A DNA stretch of 64,000 nt from IMG/VR virus record IMGVR_UViG_3300017991_000052, one strand, 5' to 3'. The stretch comes from a virus. Below the pieces are notes generated by a model. The model worked only from the letters and a program-made list of their open reading frames with translations. It was not told where the DNA came from and searched no databases. A program made the position numbers and the translations under genes. Positions within the stretch are counted from its first letter, which is position 1, and every line of letters begins with the position of its first letter. Positions 19,821-30,761 of this stretch are shown here, piece by piece.

Positions 19821-21569
19821 ATGGCAGGTGATATGACAATTATTGTAAAGAATAATTCTGGTTCAACACAGTGGATTTATGATTTAGGTATTTCAATAGC
19901 AAATACTGCACAAAGAACAATAAGTGATGAATTCACACAATCAGAAATATCAAAGTCGAATGATCTAAAGTCATTAGTTTTAGCAGGAACACTTGTCCTT
20001 AATAATGGTACAAGTGATATCCCAATCCCAGAAGCAGCTGAAATATTCAATACTATAAATGAATATGAGCAAGCAAATACTTTTGCGACATCTGGTGATT
20101 TAGAAAGTACATTAAGATTTGGTAATAGTGCAGGCAGTTTTGATATTGACATGAATAGTAATAACATTACTAACCTTGCTGATGCAGCAAATAGTTCGGA
20201 TGCTGCAGCTTGGGGTCAAGTGTATACTTTAGTTGAAACAGCAACAGGTGCTATATCAACACCGAATTTAGAAACTGTTTTAGCTCAAGGTAATTCAGCT
20301 GGATCTTACGATATTGATATGAATAGTAACAATATTGTAAATGTTGCTGATGCTGATAGTAATGATGATGCAGCAAATTGGGGTCAAATAAAAGCATTAA
20401 CTGAAACAACAAGTGGATCAATAGATCTACAAATAGTAACTGATAATGGGAATACTACAACAAATGCAATAACAATTGGTGGTAGTTCTACATTTCAAAA
20501 TGATTTAACTGTACAAGGAGATCTATATGTTCAGGGAACTGAATATATTACTAATACGGAAATTATTAGTGGAGATCAAATTATAGCAGGAAAATTAGAG
20601 ATTAATGGCGATTCTTATTTGGGAAATGAATCAACTGATACTACTTTTGTTAGTGGTGATATTTACATTGGCGGAGATGCTATTGTAAGTGGTGGTGGAA
20701 GTTTTGGTTCAGATCTTGATATGAATAGCAATCAAATTAATGAAGTAGCAGACGCTACTTTAAATTCTGATGCTCCTAACTGGGGCCAAGTTCAAACATT
20801 AGTTGCTTCAAGTTCTGGTGCGGAAACATTAGAACAAATACTTGCTAAAGGAAATTCAGCTGGTTCATATGATATTGATATGAACAATAATCAGATTAAT
20901 AATCTGGCTGATGCCACTTTAGATAGTGATGCAATTAATTACGGGCAAGTTAAGACTTATGTAGAAACAGTAACTGGAGGTATTGATTTACAAGCAGTAA
21001 CTGATAACGGAGATACTACAACAAATGGTATTAATGTTCAAGGTGCTTCGACTTTTACTGGTGGAACAACCTTTAATACTTCAAGTCAAACTTATGCTCC
21101 AGTAATAATCACACCACAAACTGCAGTTCCTTCAACAGCGGAAACTTCTGGTTCGTTAATGGTCTATGAAAATAAGACTTATATGTATGATCCAGTAAGG
21201 GCAAAGTGGTTGAGTATGGAAAAATTGCCTTTTGCGTTCGGTATTGGGCGTGCTGCTCAAGGAAATATTTACCTTGATATGGCAGGTGGAGTTGTATCTT
21301 CTCAAACAGGATATAGAATGCCTTATGCAGGAACAATTTTGGGTATAGCATTTGATAGTAGAAGTAATACTGATTCAGATATTGAGATCAGAAAGAATAA
21401 TGTAGCTTCAGCTATAGCGACTTTATCCACAACAAATAATTCAGATGATGATTTTAATTTGAATATTGATTTTAGTGCGGGTGACAGATTGCAATGTTAC
21501 CTAACATTAAATGGTGTTCAAAGAGTTAATTATCCTGAAGTTTGGGTATATGTAGCGTTTCGTGCCTGA
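19821..21569 (+). CDS. Modular tail fibre protein
   Basis: Three GNSAGS(Y/F)DIDMN/DAAxWGQ repeats, TEIISGDQII module; N-domain paralogous to 22419. Confidence 0.7.
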   Translation: MAGDMTIIVKNNSGSTQWIYDLGISIANTAQRTISDEFTQSEISKSNDLKSLVLAGTLVLNNGTSDIPIPEAAEIFNTINEYEQANTFATSGDLESTLRFGNSAGSFDIDMNSNNITNLADAANSSDAAAWGQVYTLVETATGAISTPNLETVLAQGNSAGSYDIDMNSNNIVNVADADSNDDAANWGQIKALTETTSGSIDLQIVTDNGNTTTNAITIGGSSTFQNDLTVQGDLYVQGTEYITNTEIISGDQIIAGKLEINGDSYLGNESTDTTFVSGDIYIGGDAIVSGGGSFGSDLDMNSNQINEVADATLNSDAPNWGQVQTLVASSSGAETLEQILAKGNSAGSYDIDMNNNQINNLADATLDSDAINYGQVKTYVETVTGGIDLQAVTDNGDTTTNGINVQGASTFTGGTTFNTSSQTYAPVIITPQTAVPSTAETSGSLMVYENKTYMYDPVRAKWLSMEKLPFAFGIGRAAQGNIYLDMAGGVVSSQTGYRMPYAGTILGIAFDSRSNTDSDIEIRKNNVASAIATLSTTNNSDDDFNLNIDFSAGDRLQCYLTLNGVQRVNYPEVWVYVAFRA

Positions 21570-21582
21570 TGTATTTTAAGTA

Positions 21583-22429
21583 ATGTATAAGTGTGTATGT
21601 AATAAAAAGTTCAAAAATACAGGTGCTCTGGCATCACATAAACGTTTTTGTAAAAAATGGATTAAATATAAAAATGAGTTTTATAAAAATCCACCGCTTT
21701 GCAAATGCGGATGTGGAGCACCTGTTAAAAAAATAGGGAATAAGTTTATTGCTGGACATCATAAGAACACTAAAGAATTTTGGGAGAAAGTAAAAAAGGG
21801 GATAAAAAATAGAGATAATTTATATTTAAAAGCATCAAAAAGAAAAAACAAAACATATGAAGAACTATATGGCAATGAAAAAGCGAATGAATGGAAGAAC
21901 AATTTATCTCGAATTGCTTGGAATAAAAATTTAACTAAAGATTCTGATGAAAGAGTTAATAAATATGCAATAAAAATGTTGGGTAGGATAGGAAACAAAG
22001 GATTTTTGGGGAAAACGCATTCTAAGAAAACCAAAGAATTTCTTAGTAATTTAATGGCACAAAAACAAATAAGTCATCCTAGATGTAAATGGTATAAATA
22101 TAAAAGAAAAAATGGAGAAATTATAAAAGTCCAAGGAACTTGGGAATTAAGGTTTGCAAAGTGTTTAGATGATATTTTTAATAATAATTGGGAATCACAA
22201 TTTAATTTTGCCCCCATTAAATACCACAATAATGGAATTAAACGAAGTTATAGACCAGATTTTAGAATAAAAAATGAAGAAATTTATTTTGATGTAAAGG
22301 GATATTTTGATAACAAATGTCAAGAAAAAAATAAGATTAGTAAGAGAACAAAACAATGATAAAAAAATTGTTATTATTGATGAAAATCTATTAAAAAAAT
22401 ATGAAGAGGGAATAACTAATGGCTTCTGA
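21583..22429 (+). mobile_element. Free-standing homing endonuclease (Zn finger, NUMOD3-like, PD-(D/E)XK), frameshifted at the A7 run 22325-22331
   Basis: CKCGCG, GKTHSKKTK, GTWE, YRPDF...YFDVKGY; removing one A gives QEKIRLVREQNNDKKIVIIDENLLKK...TGA at 22427-22429. Confidence 0.75.
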
Positions 22430-22925
22430 TATTAGAATAACAGCCATAAATAACACGGGCTCGCCGATTGATGTATATGACTTAGGAATTTCTATTCCCG
22501 CATCGAGTCAGCGAGCCCTTTATTTAGAATTCAGCGATGAAGATATCGCTAGTAGTTTAGATTTAAAGTCCTATGTTGAATCAGGGGATGTAATAATTCA
22601 CGATGGAACTAAGAATCTTTCAGTATCAGAAGCCTTAGAAGTCTTTAATCAAGTTATTGGATATGAAGTAGATAAAACAATTGGAGAATCAGATCGATAT
22701 ATAGAATATATAAGAACAGGAAATTTGGTAACAAGCATTGTTGAATGGACAGATTCTGGTAAAACTAAAAAAATAAGAGAAGAAATATATACAAGGATAA
22801 ATGGTTTAATTAGCCAAGTTCAAATAAAAGATTATGATGAAGATGGGAATCTTACAACAACAAAAACTACAACTATAAATAGAATTGATTCATTAGTATC
22901 AACTGAAACCGTGGAGGTTAGTTAA
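22419..22925 (+). CDS. Virion protein
   Basis: N-terminal NN.G...YDLGISI...DLKS domain paralogous to 19821. Confidence 0.6.
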   Translation: MASDIRITAINNTGSPIDVYDLGISIPASSQRALYLEFSDEDIASSLDLKSYVESGDVIIHDGTKNLSVSEALEVFNQVIGYEVDKTIGESDRYIEYIRTGNLVTSIVEWTDSGKTKKIREEIYTRINGLISQVQIKDYDEDGNLTTTKTTTINRIDSLVSTETVEVS

Positions 22926-23476
22926 TGTATCTAACAGGAGAATTTTTATTATTAGGAAAAACAGGTACTTTAGCTGAAGTTACTACTGGTGGTCTTATAA
23001 AAGTCGAATCATATCAATCTTCTTCTGCAACTCCTACAAGAACAATTATTCAAGATTATTATAATTTACAAAATTTTGCTTCAATTGACGAAACTGGACG
23101 ATTACATGTCTCAACAGCTGCTCCAGCACCTCCCGATACAACATCAATATCGAATACTCAAAAATCAAATATGACAGGGACAGTTGATTCTTTTACGATA
23201 ATTCCTTCAGGACATTATATTCAATTAACTTTATTTCAAGCTGGTTCCGAATATGATTCAGTAGCAGGAAGTAATGCGGAAATATATTATGCACCTAATG
23301 GCACAACAACAGGAATAGAGTTAATAGCCGCAATATATGTTAATGGTTCCTCTAATCAATTTGACATTACTTATATAACTCCAGAGGGTGATGGAACAAA
23401 GTCTATTCTTTTGAGAAGAAGAAGACTTGGTGGTGGTGCTAAAGAAATATTTGCAAAGTGGGGAGGATATTATTAA
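22925..23476 (+). CDS. Virion protein
   Basis: Thr/Ser-rich beta protein, translationally coupled. Confidence 0.5.
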   Translation: MYLTGEFLLLGKTGTLAEVTTGGLIKVESYQSSSATPTRTIIQDYYNLQNFASIDETGRLHVSTAAPAPPDTTSISNTQKSNMTGTVDSFTIIPSGHYIQLTLFQAGSEYDSVAGSNAEIYYAPNGTTTGIELIAAIYVNGSSNQFDITYITPEGDGTKSILLRRRRLGGGAKEIFAKWGGYY

Positions 23477-24057
23477 TGCAATTAAAATTATTCTGGACTA
23501 ATTTTAAAAATACTATTAACAACAAAAAATTAGCTGAATTTGTTCAGTACCTAGAAATAGAGTCAGAAGTAACAGGTACAGAATATACAATATTCTGTTC
23601 AGAACAAATAGTTACATATTATTGTGTAATAAATGATTCAGATAATCCCTCTGATGTTTCAGATTTTGAAAATAATTATAAATCATATTGTAATAAAAGA
23701 AATTTTGGAGAAGATTCAATTTTAGCAACTCTTAAAGGTGATGACTTATATCAAACAGCAAAAAAAACAAATATAGGAACTAGTGGGTATACAAATATTA
23801 TTAATGTTACAGTTTCTAGCGGAAAAAGATGGTTAGTGTCTCATTTAAGTATAAGTCCAAATACAAATGGTGAATGGTATTTAGATATTAATGGAAACGC
23901 AAAAGAGGGTGGATATATAGCAGCTTTTAATTTTATAAAAAGTGATTTTTGTGTTCCTCTTTTAGCAACAGAAGGACAAACTGTGAGATTAAGATATAAA
24001 CCACAATCTGCAAATGCTATTTGTTATGGATGTATTAGCGGGATGAAAGTAGACTAA
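23476..24057 (+). CDS. Hypothetical virion protein
   Basis: Coupled TAATG start; DFENNYK resembles DFEENIK in the next gene. Confidence 0.5.
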   Translation: MQLKLFWTNFKNTINNKKLAEFVQYLEIESEVTGTEYTIFCSEQIVTYYCVINDSDNPSDVSDFENNYKSYCNKRNFGEDSILATLKGDDLYQTAKKTNIGTSGYTNIINVTVSSGKRWLVSHLSISPNTNGEWYLDINGNAKEGGYIAAFNFIKSDFCVPLLATEGQTVRLRYKPQSANAICYGCISGMKVD

Positions 24058-24066
24058 GGAGAAAAT

Positions 24067-24690
24067 ATGGATAAACTTGCTATTCCTTATAACACTATAA
24101 AAGAAATACTTACTAATTATAATGTTCCTATATATTATTCATATAATGATGATAATACATATGATTTATTTTCTGCAAGTAAAGACTTTATTTATACTTG
24201 TAATATTACTAGTTCTGCTAATATTCTTGATTTTGAAGAAAACATAAAAACAAATTCTGTTGAAGTAACAGGCGGAGAAAATGTTGCTATAACATTAGCA
24301 ACTATTCCATATAGATGGGCATATTCGGGATATAAAGTAGTTCAAAAATCTTTATATATAGATGGTAAAACATTAACTATAACTCCGGGTTCTTCTGGGG
24401 GATATATTGAATGGCAATATGCTTCTTTAGTTGAACTCCAAGGATTAGATGCTCAAGTATGTGGAGATGGAGCACAATTTGGAGATTATCTTAATTTAAC
24501 AATTGAACATCCTATTGTAGGGGAAGTAAATAGATTTGGGAATAATGTTTTTATGTTTGAAAATAATATATATGGTGCTATTGCAGATGTTGTAGCAGAT
24601 TTAGCTGCTGGATTAAAAATACGATTATCATATTATGCATGTGATACAAATGGAAGAAATATATTAGCAAGAGTGAGGTGTTTTAGATGA
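24067..24690 (+). CDS. Hypothetical virion protein
   Basis: 207-aa ORF with an AGGAG RBS. Confidence 0.5.
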   Translation: MDKLAIPYNTIKEILTNYNVPIYYSYNDDNTYDLFSASKDFIYTCNITSSANILDFEENIKTNSVEVTGGENVAITLATIPYRWAYSGYKVVQKSLYIDGKTLTITPGSSGGYIEWQYASLVELQGLDAQVCGDGAQFGDYLNLTIEHPIVGEVNRFGNNVFMFENNIYGAIADVVADLAAGLKIRLSYYACDTNGRNILARVRCFR

Positions 24691-24884
24691 CGCTTCAAGA
24701 TATTATTGATAAATTAAATGATCTCAATTTTAATAATACTATACATAAAAATATTTTAGTAGGAACAAATATTTTTACTACATTAAAAAAAGAACTTGGG
24801 ACAAGTGTAGCTAATAGAATCTATGGTATTCCATTTGAACTAGATAATACATTAGAAAAAGATCAAATTACTTTAGAATCTTAA
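24687..24884 (+). CDS. Small hypothetical protein
   Basis: ATGA overlap and GAGG RBS. Confidence 0.5.
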   Translation: MTLQDIIDKLNDLNFNNTIHKNILVGTNIFTTLKKELGTSVANRIYGIPFELDNTLEKDQITLES

Positions 24885-24911
24885 ATTCAAATACATAATG
24901 GAGAATAATAA

Positions 24912-26954
24912 ATGGGCATAGGAAGAGCAACCTTCCCAAGAAGGCATTTTTCATATACTATTAGTTATCCAACTATTACTGCTGATAGTTATATAGAAAT
25001 AACATTTGATAAAGATCCCGGCGATGCGATGGGGCAGGGAACTGTTCAATATATAGAAAAATTACCAGGTGTAGGATTTACTATTCATTTATCTTCTACA
25101 GTATCTGATAATATTCCTTTTACATATCAAGTAATAAATCCTGGAGATGTTGGATATTCAAATACTGGAGCAGTTAGTGGAGATTTATTTATATATGGTG
25201 ATCTTTATGTTTTTGGGACTGAACATGTAACTGAAACAGAAATTTTAACCGGAGATCAACGTATTACAGGATCTCTTTCAGTATCTGGTGATACTCATAT
25301 ATGTGGTGAAATGTTTGGATGTGAAGATGTATCAGAACCAATGATTTATTATGATACTGAATCAACTGGATTAGGAGATTATACAGTTCATAGTGCATTA
25401 GATGATCTAAGTTATTTAATGCCATCAAGACCAAATAATATTGGACAAAATATTGCAGGAATTCCTAACTCTGGAATACCATCTTGGTCATTAGCTGGAT
25501 TTGTATCTGGAAGATTTACTGATAATAGCACTTCTATTTCAACTTCATATATAACTCAACAAGGAAATTTTAATGTTACTGGTATTATGGCAAATGCTGA
25601 TAGAGGTATTCTTGTTTGTGTAGTAAATAGTGTTGAAGTTGCAGAATTAAATTTAGAATCAATTTATGATTCATCAAAAAGAGAAACGGGCCAAGATAAT
25701 TATACTCCTTCAAATATTGGAAAAGATGTTATAACATTAACATATCGATTACCATATTGGGATGATTATAGCGGATGGGGAAGTCCATATACTAATTATG
25801 ATGAAAAATTCCCAGCATATCAAATAGCAACTTATAGTATTCCATTGAATTTAGTAAATGGACTTAATGATAATATTCAAATAATACATTATAAAGATAT
25901 ATCAAAAACAACAATTTATTCTATAGATAATAGTTATACGCATCTTAATACAATATTCAGGGATATTGGTCCGACACCCCCAGCGACATGGACTCCAACA
26001 ATCTCATTAAATACATTAAGTTCAAATAAATATTTATCTGGAGTGAGATTCTATTCTACAGGTGATACATTTAACATGTCAGTTAATGGTGTTAATGTAT
26101 TTGCTAATTCATATAAAAATAGTCCATTAGATTTAGATTTTACTCAATTTGATGCTGGAACTTCATCTATAACATATAATAATTTAGGAGCTGGATCTGC
26201 CCCGCTTCCCACGGATGGAGCAGTACATAATGAAGTGTTTGTTATTGGAAGTACTGGGACATTACAATCAGATGCAAGAATAAAAACTAGATTTGGGGAT
26301 CCATTTAATGAAGATAGTTATAAATCTAGTGATCCTGGAATTTATTTAGTAAATACATATACAAATTCATCAACAGAATTAATTGAATATTTTAGAGATG
26401 AAACATATAGAAAATCTGGAAGTTCATCTTTTGATACCATTCCTTCATGGACTACTGGAGATTGGGATAGTACACAAAATTTAACAACTTATGATAGTGG
26501 TAATGGATTACAATTCTATGGATCATTGATATATCCAACTATTAATTACTCATCTGGATATTTACCAACACAATCAATAAATTATTCTGGATTATCTGGG
26601 AATAGAGTCTTTATACGCTTATTAAGAGATAATGGGACTCCTCATACAAATGGAATTATACAACTTAATGGAATTTCTTTTGCTCAAATAGAAGAAGGAG
26701 GAGGAAGTCAAGTAGCTCGTGTAGAGATAAAACTTCCATCACAAACTGGGTGGTTAAATCTTGGAAAAATTTTTAATATAGCAACTTTCACTGGTTCGGA
26801 TGGAGATGGATGTTTAACTGAATATACGGGAAGTAATTTTAGTTGGACATCAGCAACATTTAGCACAGCTCTTTCTGGATATATGATTGCGATAAGAATT
26901 ACATTTTTTAATAGTAGTATATCGTGTAGTTCATTGCAATTGATAATAACTTAG
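24912..26954 (+). CDS. Large virion/tail protein
   Basis: TETEILTGDQ shaft module; YLSGVRFY; S/T/G-rich beta composition. Confidence 0.6.
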   Translation: MGIGRATFPRRHFSYTISYPTITADSYIEITFDKDPGDAMGQGTVQYIEKLPGVGFTIHLSSTVSDNIPFTYQVINPGDVGYSNTGAVSGDLFIYGDLYVFGTEHVTETEILTGDQRITGSLSVSGDTHICGEMFGCEDVSEPMIYYDTESTGLGDYTVHSALDDLSYLMPSRPNNIGQNIAGIPNSGIPSWSLAGFVSGRFTDNSTSISTSYITQQGNFNVTGIMANADRGILVCVVNSVEVAELNLESIYDSSKRETGQDNYTPSNIGKDVITLTYRLPYWDDYSGWGSPYTNYDEKFPAYQIATYSIPLNLVNGLNDNIQIIHYKDISKTTIYSIDNSYTHLNTIFRDIGPTPPATWTPTISLNTLSSNKYLSGVRFYSTGDTFNMSVNGVNVFANSYKNSPLDLDFTQFDAGTSSITYNNLGAGSAPLPTDGAVHNEVFVIGSTGTLQSDARIKTRFGDPFNEDSYKSSDPGIYLVNTYTNSSTELIEYFRDETYRKSGSSSFDTIPSWTTGDWDSTQNLTTYDSGNGLQFYGSLIYPTINYSSGYLPTQSINYSGLSGNRVFIRLLRDNGTPHTNGIIQLNGISFAQIEEGGGSQVARVEIKLPSQTGWLNLGKIFNIATFTGSDGDGCLTEYTGSNFSWTSATFSTALSGYMIAIRITFFNSSISCSSLQLIIT

Positions 26955-26965
26955 GAGATTAACCA

Positions 26966-28450
26966 GTGGGATTTTCAAATGAAACAAAAGTAGATAAAAC
27001 GTGGAAGAATAGTTTAGATAAAGCATTAACTTCCACAAAAAAAGCATATTACGAAGAAGCTATTGGCGCTGCTAATATTCTTTTTGGTGATAGTGTTTGG
27101 GTATCTGATCTTCCAACTGATCCTAGTCAAGCTGTTACTCAGGGATTAGCAATACAATATGCTGATTTAACATTAACAGAAGATGTTACAGTTGAGAAAA
27201 AACAAGGTTGGTTAGCATGTGCAGTTGTTGATAATTTGGGAACAAGAATTAGAAATTGGATTCCTCCTAAATTTGGTGTTGGATATAATATAAGATTATA
27301 TGAAGATAATGGAGCTGGTAGTAAAGGTACTGAAATATTTACTGCTGATAATATAAATTGGTTATTTGATTACGGCAATGGAATTCTTTTTTTAGAAAAT
27401 CAACCAACAGGAAAAACAACTCCATTTCATATTTCTGGTTATGTATATACTGGATTAACTGCAACTTCAATATCTAGTGGAGCAAGTGGTCTTTCTATAG
27501 ATATTGCAAATCAATTATATTTACGCAGAGATGGAACAAATAATGCAATAGGAACTGTTCATTTTGATGCTTCAGGAACAGGCGTTGTAATTAATAATAA
27601 TTTAACAGTAAATAATATTCCATTTTATGATGATTCAAATACTCAATTAACAAATTTATTAGATGCAACTTCTATTGTCGGATCAATTAATGAATTAGCT
27701 TCAGGTGGAGATGACTATGGAGGAGAATATGTAAAAGAAGTAAATCCAGTAACAAGATTATCTAATACACAATTTAGATTAGAAGGCGATTTTACAAGTA
27801 GATATGTAAAAGATAGATTATTAAAAACAAAATATAATGGAACTCCTTATTATCATTTTGTAGAATCTTCAGTATTAAATAGTGGTTATACAACAGTTAC
27901 TATTAATAATACAGTTATTAATGGATGGTCACTTCTTCCAGCATCAATTGATTGGTTGGGATATTCAGTAATTGGTCTTTCTTCTGTTTATACAGGAGCA
28001 ATAAAAAATGGAACAATTATTGATGTTGATATTAATGAAGATGCACGTATTGATGATAAAAAAATATGGATAGGTGTATTTAATAAAAATTTTGAACAAG
28101 CAATTGCTGATGGTGATTTTGCAAGTTCAATAACTCAAGCTGCTTCAGCTGTAACTTTTTCTCCAACTGGTAATATACAATCTACTAATGTTCAAGATGC
28201 TATTGTTGAAGTTTCTTTACAACAACAACAAGGTGCAACATGGACAACTTATTCTGCTTCAGGTAATAATTCAACAGTAGATTTTATATTACCACATACA
28301 GTAGTACAAAACTCTGAAAATGTATTTCTTAATGGACTTTTAAGTTATCCAAGTGAACAATATGAAATACAAGGTGGTAATACGGTTCATTTTTATGAAC
28401 CACCCAGTTTTAACTGGAAAGTTTTTATAAAGTATCAATTCTATGCATGA
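26966..28450 (+). CDS. Virion/tail protein
   Basis: WLFDYGNGIL, SIVGSINEL, STNVQDAI, C-terminal ENVFLNGL Ig-like module. Confidence 0.6.
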   Translation: MGFSNETKVDKTWKNSLDKALTSTKKAYYEEAIGAANILFGDSVWVSDLPTDPSQAVTQGLAIQYADLTLTEDVTVEKKQGWLACAVVDNLGTRIRNWIPPKFGVGYNIRLYEDNGAGSKGTEIFTADNINWLFDYGNGILFLENQPTGKTTPFHISGYVYTGLTATSISSGASGLSIDIANQLYLRRDGTNNAIGTVHFDASGTGVVINNNLTVNNIPFYDDSNTQLTNLLDATSIVGSINELASGGDDYGGEYVKEVNPVTRLSNTQFRLEGDFTSRYVKDRLLKTKYNGTPYYHFVESSVLNSGYTTVTINNTVINGWSLLPASIDWLGYSVIGLSSVYTGAIKNGTIIDVDINEDARIDDKKIWIGVFNKNFEQAIADGDFASSITQAASAVTFSPTGNIQSTNVQDAIVEVSLQQQQGATWTTYSASGNNSTVDFILPHTVVQNSENVFLNGLLSYPSEQYEIQGGNTVHFYEPPSFNWKVFIKYQFYA

Positions 28451-28466
28451 TTAGGGGGTGAAATAA

Positions 28467-29837
28467 ATGGCAATAATGCAAATTTTTGGGGGACAGATTA
28501 CCGATAGTGCGATTACATCGGGTAAAATAGCAGACGGACATGTTATAACTGATAAAATTGCTGATTTAAATGTTACTGAAGCGAAATTAGCAACTGATGC
28601 AGTTACAACAAACAAAATTACAGACCTTAATGTAACATTGGGCAAATTGGAAACTAACGTCCAAAATGTCCTTCCTACTTCAGATGAAAAAGCAGCGTTA
28701 ACTGGTCCATCGGGTTATACACCTAGTGCAAGTGACCCGTACGCGACACAAGATTATGTTGACAGTATAGTTGATACTACATCAGGTGCAATAACTCTAC
28801 AAACTGTTACAGATAATGGTAATTCAACAACAAATGGAATAACTGTTGACGGAAGTTCAACTTTTAATTCAGATTTACATGTTGAAGGGGATTTATACGT
28901 AACCGGAACTGAATACATCACTAATACGGAAATAATTTCAGGCGATCAGATTATCGCTGGTAAAATAGAAATTAATGGTGATTCTTATTTAGGTAATGAG
29001 AACACAGATACAGTCTTTGTATCAGGTGGAATGTATATCGGTGGTCAAGTCGACATGCAATCACACAAAGTTGTCAATTTGGCCAATGGTACAGTATCTG
29101 GTGATGCAGTAAACTATGGTCAGATGACAGGTGGTGACTCTTCAACTTTAAGTTCTGCACAATCTTACACAGACACTGCGTCTGGTAATTTAGCAACTTA
29201 TATTGATGTTAGAGATGCTTATGTTTTGGGTGAAGCTGAATCATATGCTGACGGTGTAGCTGCAACAGCAGAATCTAATGCAAATTCTTACACTGATACA
29301 GCATCTGGAAATCTCGCTTCATATATAGACGTAAGAGATGCATGGGTTTTAAGTCAAGCAGAATCTTATGCAGATGGAGTTGCAGCAACAGCTGAATCAA
29401 ATGCTAATGCATATACTGATACAGCTTCTGCAAATTTAGTTGCATATGTTGATCAACAAGTTGGTGCAAACAATGATCTAGAAGAAATTCTAGCTAATGG
29501 TAACAGTGCTGGAAGTTATGACATTGATATGAATGGTAATAAAGTTGTCAATGTGGGAACTCCAACGGCTTCAGGTGATGCGGCAACCAAAGACTATGTT
29601 GATAATGCTATAAGCGGTGCTGGTGGAACACCAACTCAAGATGGTTTCTCTGGAACAGGTTCTCAAACAGATTTCTCTTTGAGTCAAACACCGGTTTCAA
29701 ATAGCGAAAATGTATATGTCAATGGTATTAGGCAAAGACAAACAACTCACTATAGTATAACGGGAACTACATTATCATTTACAGATGCTCCAGATTCTGG
29801 TGCTCTAGTTGATGTTATGTATTCTTATTTAGCATAG
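28467..29837 (+). CDS. Tail fibre protein with 41-aa coiled-coil repeats
   Basis: ITxxKI N-terminal repeats, TEIISGDQII, DAVNYGQ, ANSYTD stalk repeats, DAATKDYVD, ENVYVNG. Confidence 0.75.
   Translation: MAIMQIFGGQITDSAITSGKIADGHVITDKIADLNVTEAKLATDAVTTNKITDLNVTLGKLETNVQNVLPTSDEKAALTGPSGYTPSASDPYATQDYVDSIVDTTSGAITLQTVTDNGNSTTNGITVDGSSTFNSDLHVEGDLYVTGTEYITNTEIISGDQIIAGKIEINGDSYLGNENTDTVFVSGGMYIGGQVDMQSHKVVNLANGTVSGDAVNYGQMTGGDSSTLSSAQSYTDTASGNLATYIDVRDAYVLGEAESYADGVAATAESNANSYTDTASGNLASYIDVRDAWVLSQAESYADGVAATAESNANAYTDTASANLVAYVDQQVGANNDLEEILANGNSAGSYDIDMNGNKVVNVGTPTASGDAATKDYVDNAISGAGGTPTQDGFSGTGSQTDFSLSQTPVSNSENVYVNGIRQRQTTHYSITGTTLSFTDAPDSGALVDVMYSYLA
29160..29460 (+). repeat. Coding tandem repeat, 123-nt (41-aa) unit, about 2.4 copies
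   Basis: SYTDTASGNLA(T/S)YIDVRDA(Y/W)VL..AESYADGVAATAESNAN repeated. Confidence 0.85.
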
Positions 29838-29846
29838 TAGTAATTT

Positions 29847-29879
29847 GAGGGGGTACTAACCCTACCCCCTCTTCATTTT
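29847..29879 (+). terminator. Rho-independent terminator
   Basis: GAGGGGGTA-loop-TACCCCCTC 9-bp stem followed by TTCATTTT. Confidence 0.75.
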
Positions 29880-29903
29880 AAATTTAAGGGGATAAAGACG
29901 TAA

Positions 29904-30761
29904 ATGCCATTAATGGAAATAACTGGAGGACAAATCCAGGATTTTACAATAACTAATGCTGATATAGCAACTGGAGCAGCTGTAGAAGAAAGTAAACTTC
30001 TATTTGATCCCATTTCTGGACATGCACATGATGGCGAAGATAGTAAGCAACTGGTATTTACATCTTTATCTGATGCACCTTCAGCTTATGATAATCAATC
30101 AGGGAAAGTTGTTAAAGTAAATGCCGATGAAAATGCTCTTATTTTTGGTGATGAAGGATATTTTGAAAGACAAAGTAAAATTGGTTCTGAAGGAATTTCT
30201 AGCGAATATGGAGAAAGAACTACATTTACTTTTTCTGCAAGCGCAATGGTTGATGATTCTGTTCTTCTTGTTTTTGATAATGGATTATTAATGAGAGAAG
30301 GATACGATTATTTTCAAAATGGTGTTGGAGAAATAACTTTTGCTTCTTCACGTTCTTTAAGTTCAAAAATAGCTTTTGTATTTTTACAAACAATGCAATC
30401 TGTTGTTCATGAATTAGATTTTTATAATTTTTATGTAGATGAACTTCAACTTGCAGATAATCTTATTCAACAATTTATAGGATTTAATGGAACTGTAATA
30501 GAGGCAAGAGCAATTTTAAGTACTGCTGCTTCTGGTGCAAGTGGAGAAAGTTGTGCTGTAGATATTGATAATAATGGAACTGTAATTAAAGCATCTGGAG
30601 ACAATTATACATTTCCTCTTGTTTCTACAACACAAGTAGTAAAAACTTCTTTTGATTCTGGGGCAGAATTAATTGCAAATAATTTATTAACTTTAAATAT
30701 AAAAGAACTTGGTGGGACAGGAAGTAAATTAAAAGTAATTCTCAAAGTGAGGCGAACTTAA
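29904..30761 (+). CDS. Tail fibre/adaptor protein
   Basis: GGQI N-terminus like 28467; GHAHDG; FTSLSDAP..Y...GKVVKVN motif. Confidence 0.6.
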   Translation: MPLMEITGGQIQDFTITNADIATGAAVEESKLLFDPISGHAHDGEDSKQLVFTSLSDAPSAYDNQSGKVVKVNADENALIFGDEGYFERQSKIGSEGISSEYGERTTFTFSASAMVDDSVLLVFDNGLLMREGYDYFQNGVGEITFASSRSLSSKIAFVFLQTMQSVVHELDFYNFYVDELQLADNLIQQFIGFNGTVIEARAILSTAASGASGESCAVDIDNNGTVIKASGDNYTFPLVSTTQVVKTSFDSGAELIANNLLTLNIKELGGTGSKLKVILKVRRT

